From the NCBI GenBank assembly GCA_015680685.1, contig MNCI01002548.1, positions 1,558 to 65,557 on the forward strand: a stretch of 64,000 nucleotides of DNA, given 5' to 3'. Position 1 is the first letter of the stretch, and each line of letters begins with the position of its first letter. The notes under the pieces were generated by a model, which was given only the letters and a program-made list of their open reading frames with translations, ran no database searches and was not told the origin of the DNA. Below are positions 1 to 12,386 of this stretch, in pieces. The stretch comes from Gnetum montanum (lineage: Eukaryota > Plantae > Gnetophyta). The position numbers and the translations under genes are program-made.

Positions 1-110
1 GAGTAACTATCTGGATACCACAACTAGTTCGTCTATAGAGTTCGACTGGAATTTTGCGTGAAATGCTCATATTTGTATGGTTGAGTGTAGGGGTACCTTG
101 CCACTCATCA
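1..110 (+). repeat. 3' end of an LTR of the same family as the 4243-11391 Athila-like element (solo LTR or 3' LTR extending off the window)
   Basis: tatggttgagtgtaggggtaccttgccactcatCA matches the LTR ends at 5112 and 11391. It is followed by ccatt rather than a PBS. Confidence 0.85.
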
Positions 111-1479
111 CCATTGGAATCTATGATACTTAGTATCTTCTTAATTCTTGTCATCGAAGTGATGGTGATTAATGATATTTAAATATGTCAATTTGTGTTG
201 CTATAGCACTTAGAAACATGATATGCCCTGGAAATTAACAAATGATATCATTCAAGGTTGCTGTTAAATGATGATAATTAATTGGTGAAAAATTTGAATT
301 TGAAATGCCCAATATAAATCATTTCTAATTTGTTTTGCTCCATATTTGATTTGAATCTATATATTGAAGACTAGAGACTACAATCTAATAGACTTTGATT
401 GAACCTTTACAAGTTTGATGAAAAACAATGTCAACTTTGAAGAAACATGATCTTCTTTATAGAAATACAAAATGAATTTCATGAAATGACATTAATGCCT
501 TCTAAATCTCATTAAATTTGCTTCATCAACAATGATTAACTGAGATATAACTATGAACTATTGACATCTTTCAATTTTCAATAAAAATGAATTAATATAG
601 TAATAAGATGTAATACATCTATGATTTTTAGAATGTTTAACATTTTTACCCCTATTTTAGTTTTTGAATTTGAACTTGGCTTAATTAACCTTTGATTTAT
701 CAACAACATATAGTATTGTATCATTTTATTATTATTTTGGCATTTTAGCATAAGACTTAATAATTGGTGTAACTAATATGATACTTCAATTTTCTTTTAA
801 TGAGTATTACTTCATTGTAATGATGTTTGACATGAGAATTTGGACTTTAACTTTTGTAATTTTAATCATAAGGATTTTATATTTTAATTATATGAGCATT
901 ATCTTTGTTGGCATGTGATCTAATTAATAGTTTAATTGTGCTTAAGACTTAATTTTTAGGTCATTTGACTTGACATTATACTAATGTGATTTCTATTTAA
1001 TAACTCTCATCTTATATTTGTGATTGATATGAGATTTTATATTTATTTGCATTTTGATCATTTTCTTGTGCTACAAAGATTGTTGTCTATGGATAAGAGC
1101 AAGCAGACTTGATGTGAGCATCATTAAAGATGATGTTTATCTTAACCTTAAATCTATCACATGATACTAGTTGGTTAATAGGTCTCAGGTCAGAACTTTC
1201 TATAAGTCATGTATGGATATTTCTGATTTGGTTTTTACAAGAAGATGGGTTTCTATCTCAACCATCATTTAACATTCATAGCTTCTTCTATCTTAAGTTT
1301 GTTGGTGCTTTGCACTTGTGATATTGAGAGGCTTGTTCTTCAATATGTCCATTCATGAAGGTAGTAGATTTATTCTTTGTTTTAAGATTCTTTTTGCATC
1401 TAATACTAATATCTCTTCTTAATGTCTTTTATGAGTCTTATGATTACTAGAGTTACCATAGCTATCACACCTTGGAGGA

Positions 1480-2950
1480 TAGCAACTTATTTAGATGTAG
1501 TAAAAACTAACAAAGATGCAAGTAATGCCACCTCAACAACAATCAATAGTCATGATGTCGTATGAGAAACATATGAGATTGAGTAACAAATTAGTAGTGG
1601 CTAGTTTTAACATGGCATGAGACATGAGTGAGGCTAAGTTAGGTACCATGAAAGGTAATGTATACATTCAATCTTTAAAAGTTCTAAGGAGCTTTCAATT
1701 CTTTAGGGAAACTCAAACCTAGTTACTTGGAAATACTTCTATAAGAAACATAGAACTAGTTAGTCTAGGAGAAAATTGGAATTAGAATTAAAATAATAGT
1801 TTGTAGGTTACCTAGTTAAAAGAAGTTGTAGAGGTGATTATGGTGGTCTCTATCATGCAATCCAGGCTTTAGGGACTTCCTTCTTTAGCATAGGATTACT
1901 ACATGCTTGTTAAGATTACTTAGTAGCATAATCAATGCATACTACCATTAAAGATCAACTAATGATGATGTTTTAGGATGTTTGATGATCAGGAGGTTGC
2001 AAGTAGGCTAGGCCATTTCCTATTATTTGTTATAATAGGAGTTGGAGTAATAGCCTTCGAAAATCTTGTTAGTAAGAGTTAAGATTCTATTGTCTTAGGT
2101 AGTCAACCTATGATCAACTTAACATTAGACTAGATACTTGAGATACTTAGGAATCTTGTATGATAATTATGTCCTTTGATGATTAATCATGCTATGTGAT
2201 CTAATAGTTAATGTAGATATGATGGCCAACTCTAGTAATAATTTCCAAGAGATAGCATGATGGATCTAGCTACTTGGAGAGTGTTGACTTTTCCTACATG
2301 ACTATGCATGTAAATAAAGTTGGTACAAGTGTTAGAGGTAGAAGTATGATGTAACTAGTTTGATACATTGGCTGAAGATTGAAGGAGCATACTATGGCAT
2401 AGGGGCACCTCTTTCGATCCCCTTTGTTCCTTACATTTGTGTTTGCACGTTTCAAACATGATGAAGATGTCTTGGAGGGCTAGAAGATGTTTTGGCTAAG
2501 ACCTGGAGGTCACATAAGACATCTTAAGGTTAGAGAAGATGTCTTTCTAATTTTGATGACATCTCAGGCCAGACATCTTGGCCTTGTAGAATATTTCTTA
2601 GACAATATGTCTTATTGAGTAAGGGGATGTCTTGGGCCTAGAATAAATGTCTCCAAAAAATAGTGGACGTCTTCTTAGAGAGCTAGATTTTCATAGTAGA
2701 TGTCTTATAAAGGACAAATATGGCCTATGTGAGTAGGAAAACATCCAAAATTGGCCTCTCCAATTCAAAAAATAGTGAAAGGAGGCAAGAATGGATGGGA
2801 AACAATGGAAGATCTTTAAGTGGACTTGAGGAAGGTTTCTTAGAATTTTTCTTGTCTTTTTTTCTTATAAATATATGGTGTTTCATGCTTGCATTGGAGG
2901 AGGGAGGAGAGCTTATGCAAGAAGAGAGCTTGTGCAAGAAAATTAAGAGG
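1480..2950. mobile_element. Heavily decayed retroelement remnant, possibly a Sirevirus internal/env-like region
   Basis: Contains the AGACATCT/AGATGTCT motif cluster and caaaaaatagt(g/a)ga also seen in the Sirevirus-type LTR at 12620-12830. No domain can be read reliably. Confidence 0.3.
2460..2710. repeat. Cluster of decayed palindromic AGACGTCT motifs
   Basis: About 10 agatgtct/agacatct variants, plus one ggacgtct with the CG intact near 2665. Confidence 0.6.
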
Positions 2951-3764
2951 TAAGGGAGAGCACTTGAGAGAGCTTGAAAGAATCTCTTATATATATATTT
3001 TATTAAGCTTTGGCTCCATGGTAAGCAATTAAGGATTAAGAGGGGACATGTGTGGCCTCTATGATCATTGAGAGAGTTGTGAGTTGAGCTTGGNATCTAA
3101 AATTAATTAAGAAATTAACATTAACAAAAATAATTAAGAAAAGGATATTCAAGGAATGTAACAGAATTAGATAAAGGAATTAAGCTAAATTTAGGGACAT
3201 AACATTAAAACATCAAAAATAATTTCAAATGAGATGAAATGAGAGCAATCTTCTCATTGCTTCTTGGAGAGACTTGTCTTTTTTCATTCTTCAATTGTCT
3301 TTAATGAAATTGTAAGAAATATCAGAAAATTATGAGAGATTATGAATTGTGAAGAGCTTGTGAGAGATCTTTGATGATTTTGATATAAAAATGAAGGGAA
3401 CTTTCAATTATAGGAAGCTTGAGATATTCATTAGTGGAGAAGTGTGAATTTTTTTATTAAAAATGGAAATCCATATAAGGATTGAGAGTGGAATGTGTCA
3501 TGATTACTCACTCTCTAATACTCCAACTTGTTTACTATCTTACTATCTCTTAATTTGATTTTGATACTCTTGACCTCTATTTATAGCTTAAGATAGAGGC
3601 TTGACTAATTTCCCATGTGGAATTTATCCCCTCCTTTATGAAAATGGTTTTCATAACTTTGACTTTTCTACCTTTTGTTGGAGAACAACTATAACTCATA
3701 ACCTTTTTTAACATGGAGAATGAAATAAACAACAAAGAAAAAAATAGGCATTGAATCAAAATTT

Positions 3765-4242
3765 CATCTTCTTTATCATCATTTTAGTCTTGTCTCAATA
3801 AAATGGAATTAGCTACATGAGTTTTTTTCCATCATTTGCCTCTATGAAGAGCTAGATCTTTGTTTATTTGCAATTTCTTCCAACCATCTTTGATTATTTA
3901 TTCCCATATCTTCTTTTGTCTTCCTTTTGGTGGCTTTTCTGGAATGGTGATGTAACATCCTTTTTCTATAAGCTCATTGTATGATCTTCTTTGCAGATGT
4001 CAAAACCATCTAAGTTACAATTCTTGTAGATTATCTAAAATAGAATAAAATCCAAGTATTTCTTTGATATTTGTGTTATGTAGTCTAACTCTTGTAATAA
4101 CATTCAACATTCATTGAATAATTTGCATTTATGTCACACTAATTTGTTATTCATGCCTTTTTTGTATTGCCAAATATTCAACACCATATAAAATAGGAGG
4201 TCTCATTACTATGCTATAAAATGTTTCCTTCAATTTTATTGG
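3765..4242 (-). mobile_element. RTE-clade LINE, 3' part (decayed)
   Basis: Minus strand reads IKLKETFYSIVMRPPILYGVEY (RTE consensus LKLKGKFYRTAIRPAMLYGAEC), then PKGRQKKIW. It ends in a catgtagct...gatgat-type 3' tail. Confidence 0.85.
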
Positions 4243-5112
4243 TGATGGGACGCGATATTGCATGGGCCGTGATATTGCGTATGCGATATTGCATCTGCTG
4301 CGATATTGCATCCCCCATGATATCACATACACGATATCGCATCATCCCCTGTGATATCACGTACGCGACATTGTAGTGCACCGCTAAATCTATAAATAAG
4401 AGGTGGCTCTCCCTTGTTTCTCATTCTAGGCCTAGACCGTAGCAAAACTCTAGTAGGTTTACCTCTCCAGAGATAGAATAATTTCCATGTGCCTGCAATA
4501 GGAGTTCCAAAGTGAACGGATATTTATTCAAGCAAATATTGTACCTGAACACAAGTTTGTGTATGGAAATAAAGACGAACTTCTTGGATAAACCTTGCAG
4601 TGCATGGAATAGGCTAAATAGGATTTTAATTATTATTATTTATTTTTTATCATTTAAATGCTTTATTAGTTCATTAAATCTCTCTCAACCCTTCTCTCCT
4701 AGTTAAGTGCATTTAGTACGACCGCTTCAAGCATGTGCATTACGCTTGGTGATCTCAGTACCGAATAGCATTTGGTAACCAAGGTTGCATTGGTTCAGGG
4801 TGTGAACAGTAAGTGGGAATGGATACTAATGCTAGGTTAATTAAGGCTTAGTTATAGTTAAAGTTAGTTAATTAGTCTTTTCACCCTTCACCTCTTAGCA
4901 TAGGAGATAAAAGAGAAAAGATATAAAAATCATATACCTTAGACTTAACCATACAACTGTGACAAATACAAGTAAGTCTAGGAAGACAACGAATGATTAA
5001 CCTTAAGTGTTTCATAAGGCATGTAGGCACTTAGTCTGCGGAATTTGACCAGATCGTGTGTACTACGCTCATGTTCATATGGTTGAGTGTAGGGGTACCT
5101 TGCCACTCATCA
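4243..5112 (+). repeat. 5' LTR (870 bp)
   Basis: TG...CA ends, TATAAATA near 4390, and roughly 90% similar by eye to 10588-11391. It has extra copies of a (g)cgatattgca/gtgatatcgc motif at its start. Confidence 0.93.
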
Positions 5113-5113
5113 T

Positions 5114-5131
5114 TGGCGCTGTTGCTAGGGA
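5114..5131 (+). promoter_or_regulatory. Primer-binding site, tRNA-Asp type
   Basis: TGGCGCTGTTGCTAGGGA vs the Athila consensus TGGCGCCGTTGCCGGGGA. All three differences are C>T or G>A. Confidence 0.88.
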
Positions 5132-5258
5132 CTAAGTGTTTGTGTGCTAAGTAGAACATAGAAAATTAACCACATTGTTGGGATCTTAAATGAACCCTTA
5201 GGGTTAATTAAACAAAAATAATTATATAATGGTTAATCAGCACATTGAATAAGACACA

Positions 5259-7750
5259 ATGTCTTCTTCTTCTCCTCATAAGAGCACTTCACCACCTAGG
5301 GATCATACACAAAACATTTGGTAGTCTAACACACATAACCAAAATCCACCAGTTCCTCAACAGTACCGAGTGGCATATACTCATCCCGATGAGTATATAT
5401 CCAATTTTACTTTTATCCTCCATCAGGATGAACAACTGCATTGGAGAGATTTGCAAGGTAATATAGTGTTACCTCTAGATCGGGCAGTCCCTAACATGCT
5501 CCTCTGTGCTCTGGCATAGATAGGCATGAGGAATTATATGCTAAATACGTTGCGGAAGATTATGACATAAGGGATTACCATCCCATAGTAGTGCAATGTC
5601 TAAGGGACTCGAGGCAGGAGAGCCACCATACATTGTTGAAGGGCAAAGGGGTCCCACACGTCCTAAGTGAAATTATAGATGGTGGACCACTTATAACGGG
5701 TTCTCCATCAAATGATGTTCCCCCTCCTAACACTAGTGAGGAGGTGGGGTATCAGAACCTATGCTCCACGATACACAACCCTAGTTCTGATCCCCGTGAA
5801 TGATAACTATTCACTGAGGGAACAAAAACACATGACAAGGATGGGAATTCTACTTGTCATCACAATTGGGGCCGTAGCCACAGAAGAGAAGGTAAGAAAC
5901 ATCATCATGACGATGGTTCCCCTTCTTCTTCCCCTTTATCACATCATTCCCCCTCTCCTTCCACATTAGGGTGCAGTCATAAAGGGCATAACGGTAAGGA
6001 TAAGGGTAAGCAAAATGAGAGACATCGACGAGAGAGTTGAGAGAGAGGGTGAGGGCAGTCTAGAGAGTCTAGGCATGAAATAAGGGAAAGTAGGGAACAA
6101 CGTAGGAATCATAGATGTCATGAAAGAGATGATCATGATGAACCCCTACCTGCCACCCAAAGTATGCTAGACATCATGGAGGCTGTGAAAATACAAACAA
6201 GGCATCAAAAAGATAGTCAGATCAAAATACTTGACATGAATAATATCCCACATTTTGAAGGGGGATATAACGCTAATCCACAAAATCATTTCCAGGAATT
6301 CCATGATGCCTACGCCTTGAAAAATATTGAAAATGAGTGGCAGAAATTAAAGTTGTTTCCTAGGACACTCATAAAGGAAGAAGAGAGTTGGTACTGGTCC
6401 TTAGAGCCGGAAACCATTAGGATGTGGAGTACAATGCTAGAGTTGTTCAACGATAAATACCAAACATACTCCAGAGTGTCTAACTTGCATAAGTAGATCC
6501 AAGGATGGAATCAAGGTAATCAAGAACCCTTGGATGCTGCCATGGGCCGATATTATGCACTGTTACATCATTGCCCGGGCCATGGTTATGCACAACGGGA
6601 TCAAATTTGCCACCTTGTGGATGGGCTAAGACATGAAACTAGGAGAACCCTTGGGACTTATGCCCAAGGGAGACTATCTGAACTTAGATCCCATGAAATT
6701 CATCGATTGTTGGAGTAAGTAGCCAAAGAAGAAGGGAAGCTATGGAAAAGAGAAAGCATGGAAGAATATATCCACAATCCTTCTCTATGAAAGAGGGAAG
6801 TGAGATTCTGTGATGAAGAGGATGAGTCACCACTTGAAGATTTGGTGAATAGAAAAACCTTGCCACTTTAGAAGTTAACAATGGAAGTGGCGGCTAAGGT
6901 CGATCAAATACAGGACTCCTTGGATAGTAGATTTGAACTTGTCCTAAAAATCGTAGAGGAGTCTAAGTAGGAACGAAGTAGTGACAATGGTAGTCCTTGG
7001 ATAGTAGATTTGAACTTGTCCTAAAAATCGTAGAGGAGTCTAAGTAGGAACGAAGTAGTGACAATAGTAAGAAAAAACAGAGAGATTTAGGCCATGCACA
7101 TGACAAGGGTAAGGGAAAAATGAATATCTCTGATGAGGTTATGTATTTGGATATAGATAATGATGATGGATGTGAGATCTGCTAATATGACCATCTTAAG
7201 GAATGTTGCCCAATAATCTCACATCTACAAGAGTCTGGGGTGTATGCACTCAACCCGAGACTTAACAGACGGTAGGCACCCCGAAGGTTACCTTATCCCC
7301 AAGGTAACCCAAGGCAATTCCACCAACTGTTGACGTATTATCCAAGTGGAACTCCACCAAAACCTATCAGACAACATTAGCAATGGAAACACCCATAGTC
7401 ATGGGGGATGCCACTGCCTAGGCAACAATACCCTTACCGGCAACTCGATCGTTATGGCTATTACGTGCAACAGCCAGTTTCTCCAAGTGACTCTATGGGT
7501 CACACAACCCCACAATGTCACTACCAAGTTCAGGAGTATTTTAGGAATCCTTCTCCTATAGAAGACACACCACACGCATACCATCCTTTGAATCCATCCA
7601 CCACTCTTACGCTGGTAGTTCCAAAACCACCTACTCCAACAATGCAAGGGGAACTCCCCACTCAACCGCAGCAACGTAATGCTACGAGAGCTATAAACAT
7701 TCAACCCGCTACTGGTTTTGACAACTATACAAAGAGAAGACCTTTCTTCT
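5259..7750 (+). pseudogene. gag: Decayed gag (Retrotrans_gag core at about 6164-6718) with a long low-complexity N-terminal region and a Pro/Gln-rich C-terminal region
   Basis: IPHFEGGYNANPQNHFQEF...KLKLFPRTL...SWYWSLEPETIRMWSTMLELFNDKY, then GRYYALLHHCPGHGY...LVDGL. Multiple stops and frameshifts. Confidence 0.85.
6917..7070 (+). repeat. Near-perfect 77-bp tandem duplication inside gag
   Basis: tccttggatagtagatttgaacttgtcc...gtgacaat starts at both 6917 and 6994. Confidence 0.95.
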
Positions 7751-7914
7751 AAACCAAAAGCCCAAACAAGCTCTCACAACCACAAGTGGTTGAGTCCGTA
7801 CATGCTCCTCCAACATACAGGGCTTTGGAGCTCCCTTCAAATCAACAATAGAGCTCAACGCATACGGTTATGTTAACACATACCATTACTGACTGGATCA
7901 AGGTAGGCCACCTT

Positions 7915-8418
7915 CCTAGGAAACTATCTGACCCTAGAAGTCCCTTAATCTACCTCCAAGTCACTGGGAACGAACCACATAAGGCTCTTCCTAACTTAGG
8001 TTTTGGAGTCAACTTAATATCATGAGAAATGTATCAAGCCTGGAACCTACCTCCACTTAAGAAGAGAAATATTCAACTAGAGCTGGCTAACCAGTCCATC
8101 ACCATTCCCTTGGGATTGGTGAAGGACATCATTAACACTATGTGTGGTTGGTCATACCCAGCTAATTTCCTGGTGATAGAGGTCAACAGCAAGGAAGGGG
8201 ACTTCCCTATCATAATGGGAAGGGCATGGTTAAGTACAATAGATGCATGCCTAGGAATAAACAATATTTCCTTGGAAATATCTAAGGTAAACATTTATGG
8301 AAAGATTGAGAAGAAGAAAGTTCCATGCATCACATACAATGACTCATCGGGTGATGACATGGAGGAATGCTCATCATCTCCTACATGCAACTGGTATGCC
8401 CTAGAAACTCTAAGATAA
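7915..8418 (+). pseudogene. Decayed retroviral-type aspartic protease
   Basis: KLSDPRSP...KALPNLGFGVNLI (ALCDLGASINL-like)...IQLELANQSITIPLGLVKDI...YPANFLVIE...PIIMGRAWLST. Confidence 0.85.
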
Positions 8419-10587
8419 AGATGCTTGTATGTAGCAACCACACAACAAGTGGACACCCCATGGTTGATAGCTAATTGAAAGAACAATCGACCAACATGCA
8501 TGGAATGAACTGGGGGAACAACTCATGCCCATAATGAAAGCATAGATACATTGTAGTATGACTGTCGCCAACTTCCATCCCTTAACTTGAAAACATCAAT
8601 TGGGAGAAGTTGGATGCTTCTAAGAAATTCAAATAGATGTTCATTATTTTAGATCTCTCCCTTTTCATTCAGTCATGGGAGAGATAACCACCTATACTGA
8701 TCATTCGGGGCCCTTAGTTCTTTTAAGTTGTTGTTTTACACGTTTTTGTTTTACACATTTTTGTTTTGCACGTTTTTGTTTTACAAATTTTTTTAACTTT
8801 TCTTATTTTTTTTACAACAAAATTATAATTTTTCATTTTTTATGTGTGTGTTTGTGTTATCAATCTTGTAAGTTTGTCACCAAATAAGTGTTCTTCATGA
8901 TGGTATGAACTATTTTCCTATTGATTGTTAATGTTTGGTTTTTACCTTTAAGTTATGATGTTGATACTAAGGTATGGTTCTTTTCATATGAGAGGTAATG
9001 AGTCCACTTCATCCATACATCCATAAATTTCTATGGTCTCTCTCAGCTTGGAAATGTACAGTCCTCTTCTAAATAAGAACTATAATGAATCGGTGACTGG
9101 GCATTTCTCAAACTAAGGACTCAAGGATTGAAAAGGGTGTGACTTCAAGGAAACTTGATGCATTTGTGTTGGCCATTCTCTTGGGTGCTTGGATGTTTTT
9201 TTCTTGATTTTTCTTATTGCTTTGATGTTACCTAATTATCGAGAAGCTGAGCTAATAAAAATAACAAGTCTTTGCATGGTGTGGTTCTCATGCATAAACA
9301 AATTAAACAAAAAAAAAGAAAAAGAAAAAACTCTAAGAATTTAAAGCACATCCCTTAGATGAAATAATCATTTGGGCTACAAGCACTAGTTATGGAACTA
9401 AAATAAAAATGTTTCCTCTAACTATTCTCTCCTCCTTGTTTCATCAGAATGGTGGTGGCTCTTGGGTGAAGGCATTCTTGTTACTTCAAGGGGATGGATT
9501 GGCCGAATGCATTAATGCGAAGTCACTCAATGTGGTTTGTTTAAGGTCAGACTTGTAATGGGATCTACTAATTCACATTAACTATGAAATACACAAGGGG
9601 TTGTACACCACCTTGTTCTTTGGATTCCATTCCATTCTCTTCTCTCCATCTTTCTCTCCATTGTTCACCTCATTGCCGGTTGTATCATTAGTGTATATTT
9701 TGGTTGATGCATTGTTTTCTTTTTGGTAAATTCTTGCAGTTAAGACTTTTAATGTTGTTCCAAATAACATTTCCAAAGCCTATGGACTCTTTGAATGTGG
9801 GTTTGTTAGGGTATTAAGTGCATGATCCTACTTTTGGGAGGACCCACTAACATTCCTATTTGGTGCACCAGTTAAATTCTTTCCCCTAACATTTTTGCAA
9901 TCCATTCTATTTTGTTCATTTCCATCTTGACATCCATTTCATCGATGTCATAGTTGTCTATTTTTCTCCATCTTTCTTGTTCCTTTTCTTTCTCCATTCT
10001 ATCACTATCAGAGGTTCACTCTTAGTCATGGGAGTTCAGACCCAGACTTTTTTCTTTTTTTGATTTTTTCCTAACCCCTACACCTTTGGTAGTTACCACT
10101 CTTATATCTCCAAATCCATATTAGCCATACCACAACTTAGCCAATGGACTTACATTGAAGCAAGGTATCAATTGCATTATGATTCATTTACCCTTACTAA
10201 TAAAAGATTGTGTTGTGTGTGCAAATGGAAATCATACAATAACGGATTGGATTTGGAGAGAACACTAGGAATAGAGCGGTGCTGAGGTAGTTATGCAAGG
10301 AGCAAGATCGATGGCACACTTATGGATGGACAAAAAAAGGTGCAATCTTAGCGTTGGTAGTAGCAAAACTTCTTTCTCTCTCTCTCTTTCTCAGCTTCCA
10401 AATAAAGCCTGATGTCAAATGTATAAGGTGTTCACTCTTGTTGTCTTGAACACCAGTTTTTTCTTATTCTGTAATGATGATCCATTCACATGTCATCCCA
10501 TTAATTCCATTTTGAGTCAATAATCCCATACCATCCCAATATTTTGTAAGGAACTCAAGGATGAGTTTTTATTCACTCATGGGGGTA

Positions 10588-11391
10588 TGATGGGTCGCGA
10601 TATCGTGTTCGCCGTGATATCGCATCCCCCGTGATATCGCGTACGTGATATCATAGTGTGTCGCCAAATCTATAAATAAGAGGTGGCTCTTCGTTGTTTC
10701 TCATTCTAGGCCTAGACCATAGCAAAACTCTGGTAGTTTTACCTCTCTAGAGATAGAGTAATTTCCATGTGCCCGCAGTAAGAGCTCCAAAGTGAACGGA
10801 TCTTTATTCGAGAAAATATTGTACCTGAACACAAGTTTATGTACGGAAATAAAGATGAACTTCTAGGATAAACCTTGTAGTGCATGGAATAGGCTAAATA
10901 GGATTTTAATTATTGTTATTTATTGTTTATCATTTAAATGCTTTATTAGTTGATTAAATCTCTCTTAACCCTTCTCTCCTAGTTAAGTGCATTCAATACG
11001 ACCGCTTCGAGCACATGCATTACGCTTGGTGATCCTAGTAATGAATAGCATTTGGTAACCAAGGTTGCATTGGTTTAGGGTGTGAATGGTAAGGAATAGA
11101 TACTGATGCTAGGTTAATTAAGGCTTAGTTAGTTAGTTAAAGTTAGTTAATTAGTCTCTTCACCCTTCACCTCTTAGCATAGGAGATAAAACATAAAAGA
11201 TATAAAAATCATATACCTCAGACTTAACCATACAACTATGACAAATACAAGTAAGTCTATAAAGACAACGAATGATTAACCTTAAGTGTTCCATAAGGCG
11301 TGTAGGCACTTAGTCTGTGGAGTTCGATCGGATTGCGTGTGCTACTCTTGTATTCGTATGGTTGAGTGTAGGGGTACCTTGCCAGTCATCA
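10588..11391 (+). repeat. 3' LTR (804 bp)
   Basis: Starts TGATGGGTCGCG after catgggggta, ends gtcatCA and is followed by the TSD ATTGG. Confidence 0.93.
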
Positions 11392-12260
11392 ATTGGTATT
11401 CTTTTATCACATAGAATACCACTATCCTATTTCTATTTTGACCATCATGCTTCAATTTCATTTCTTATATCTTTATCAATATCACCATTTGATTAGAGGA
11501 TTGATTCTACATAGCAAAATTGTTGGTAGTAAGGGACTTTTTTACCTTCAATTGTCACTTCTATTTCACCACTATTTATGCTATTATTAAAATTGCATTT
11601 CATATATTCTATCTTAGTTTTACTAACTTTTAAACCTTTTGATTCTAGAGCATATCTCCACTTCTCAATTTTAAAAGTAATATTTTCTCAAGCTATATCC
11701 ACCAACATAATATCATTTGCAAAAAACATATACCAAGGGATTTTATCATGTATTTCCTTTATTTATTCATCCATAATAATGGCAAATAAGTATGAGCTAA
11801 GTGTAAACCCGTAATGTTGATCCATTATGACTAAAATATTAAATGTTGTTCCAAAAGCTATTCTAATTTTAGTGGTAGCTCCTTCATACATGTCTTAAAT
11901 CACTTTAACATATTTATCAGACATGTTTTTTCTCTACAAGCTCCACCAAATAATATCTCTAGGTACTCTATCATATGCTTTTTCCAAGTCAATGAAGATA
12001 ATATGTATATTTTTTCTATGTTTTTTAAATTTCTGCATCAATTATCATATCAAGAAAGTAACCTTTATAGTAGGTCTCTTTGGTATAAATTCAAATTATT
12101 TTTCTAATATTGTTGATTAAAATTTGAGACATTGCTCTATGACTCTCTCTCAAACTTCATAGTGTGGCTTATTAGCTTGATTCCTCTATAGTTTGTGCAC
12201 TTTTTAAGTCTCCATTATTTTTCTAAATGGGAATAATAAAGCTTTCCTTAAATTATTGGG
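11392..12260 (-). mobile_element. RTE-clade LINE, reverse-transcriptase part (decayed); continues at 4242
   Basis: Minus strand reads CTNYRGIKLISHT, HIIFIDLEKAYDRVPR, PWYMFFANDIMLV (FADD motif) and SGILCDKRIP, which joins IKLKETFY across the LTR insertion. Confidence 0.9.
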
Positions 12261-12386
12261 TATTAAGTCAAAATTTAATTTTTAAAATAATAATAGAAAT
12301 AAAGATTTCTTAAAGAATGTAAAAATTGAAAATACCCATAATAGATTTGTAGGATTTAGTAAAACTATATACCATGTAATGTAGAT

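Larger units (their letters stand above)
4243..11391 (+). mobile_element. Structurally complete non-autonomous Athila-lineage Ty3/gypsy LTR retrotransposon (gag and protease only)
   Basis: Two LTRs TGATGGG...TCATCA, perfect 5-bp TSD ATTGG (4238-4242 and 11392-11396), tRNA-Asp PBS, G-run before the 3' LTR, and gag plus aspartic-protease motifs. No RT, RNase H or integrase seen. Confidence 0.93.
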
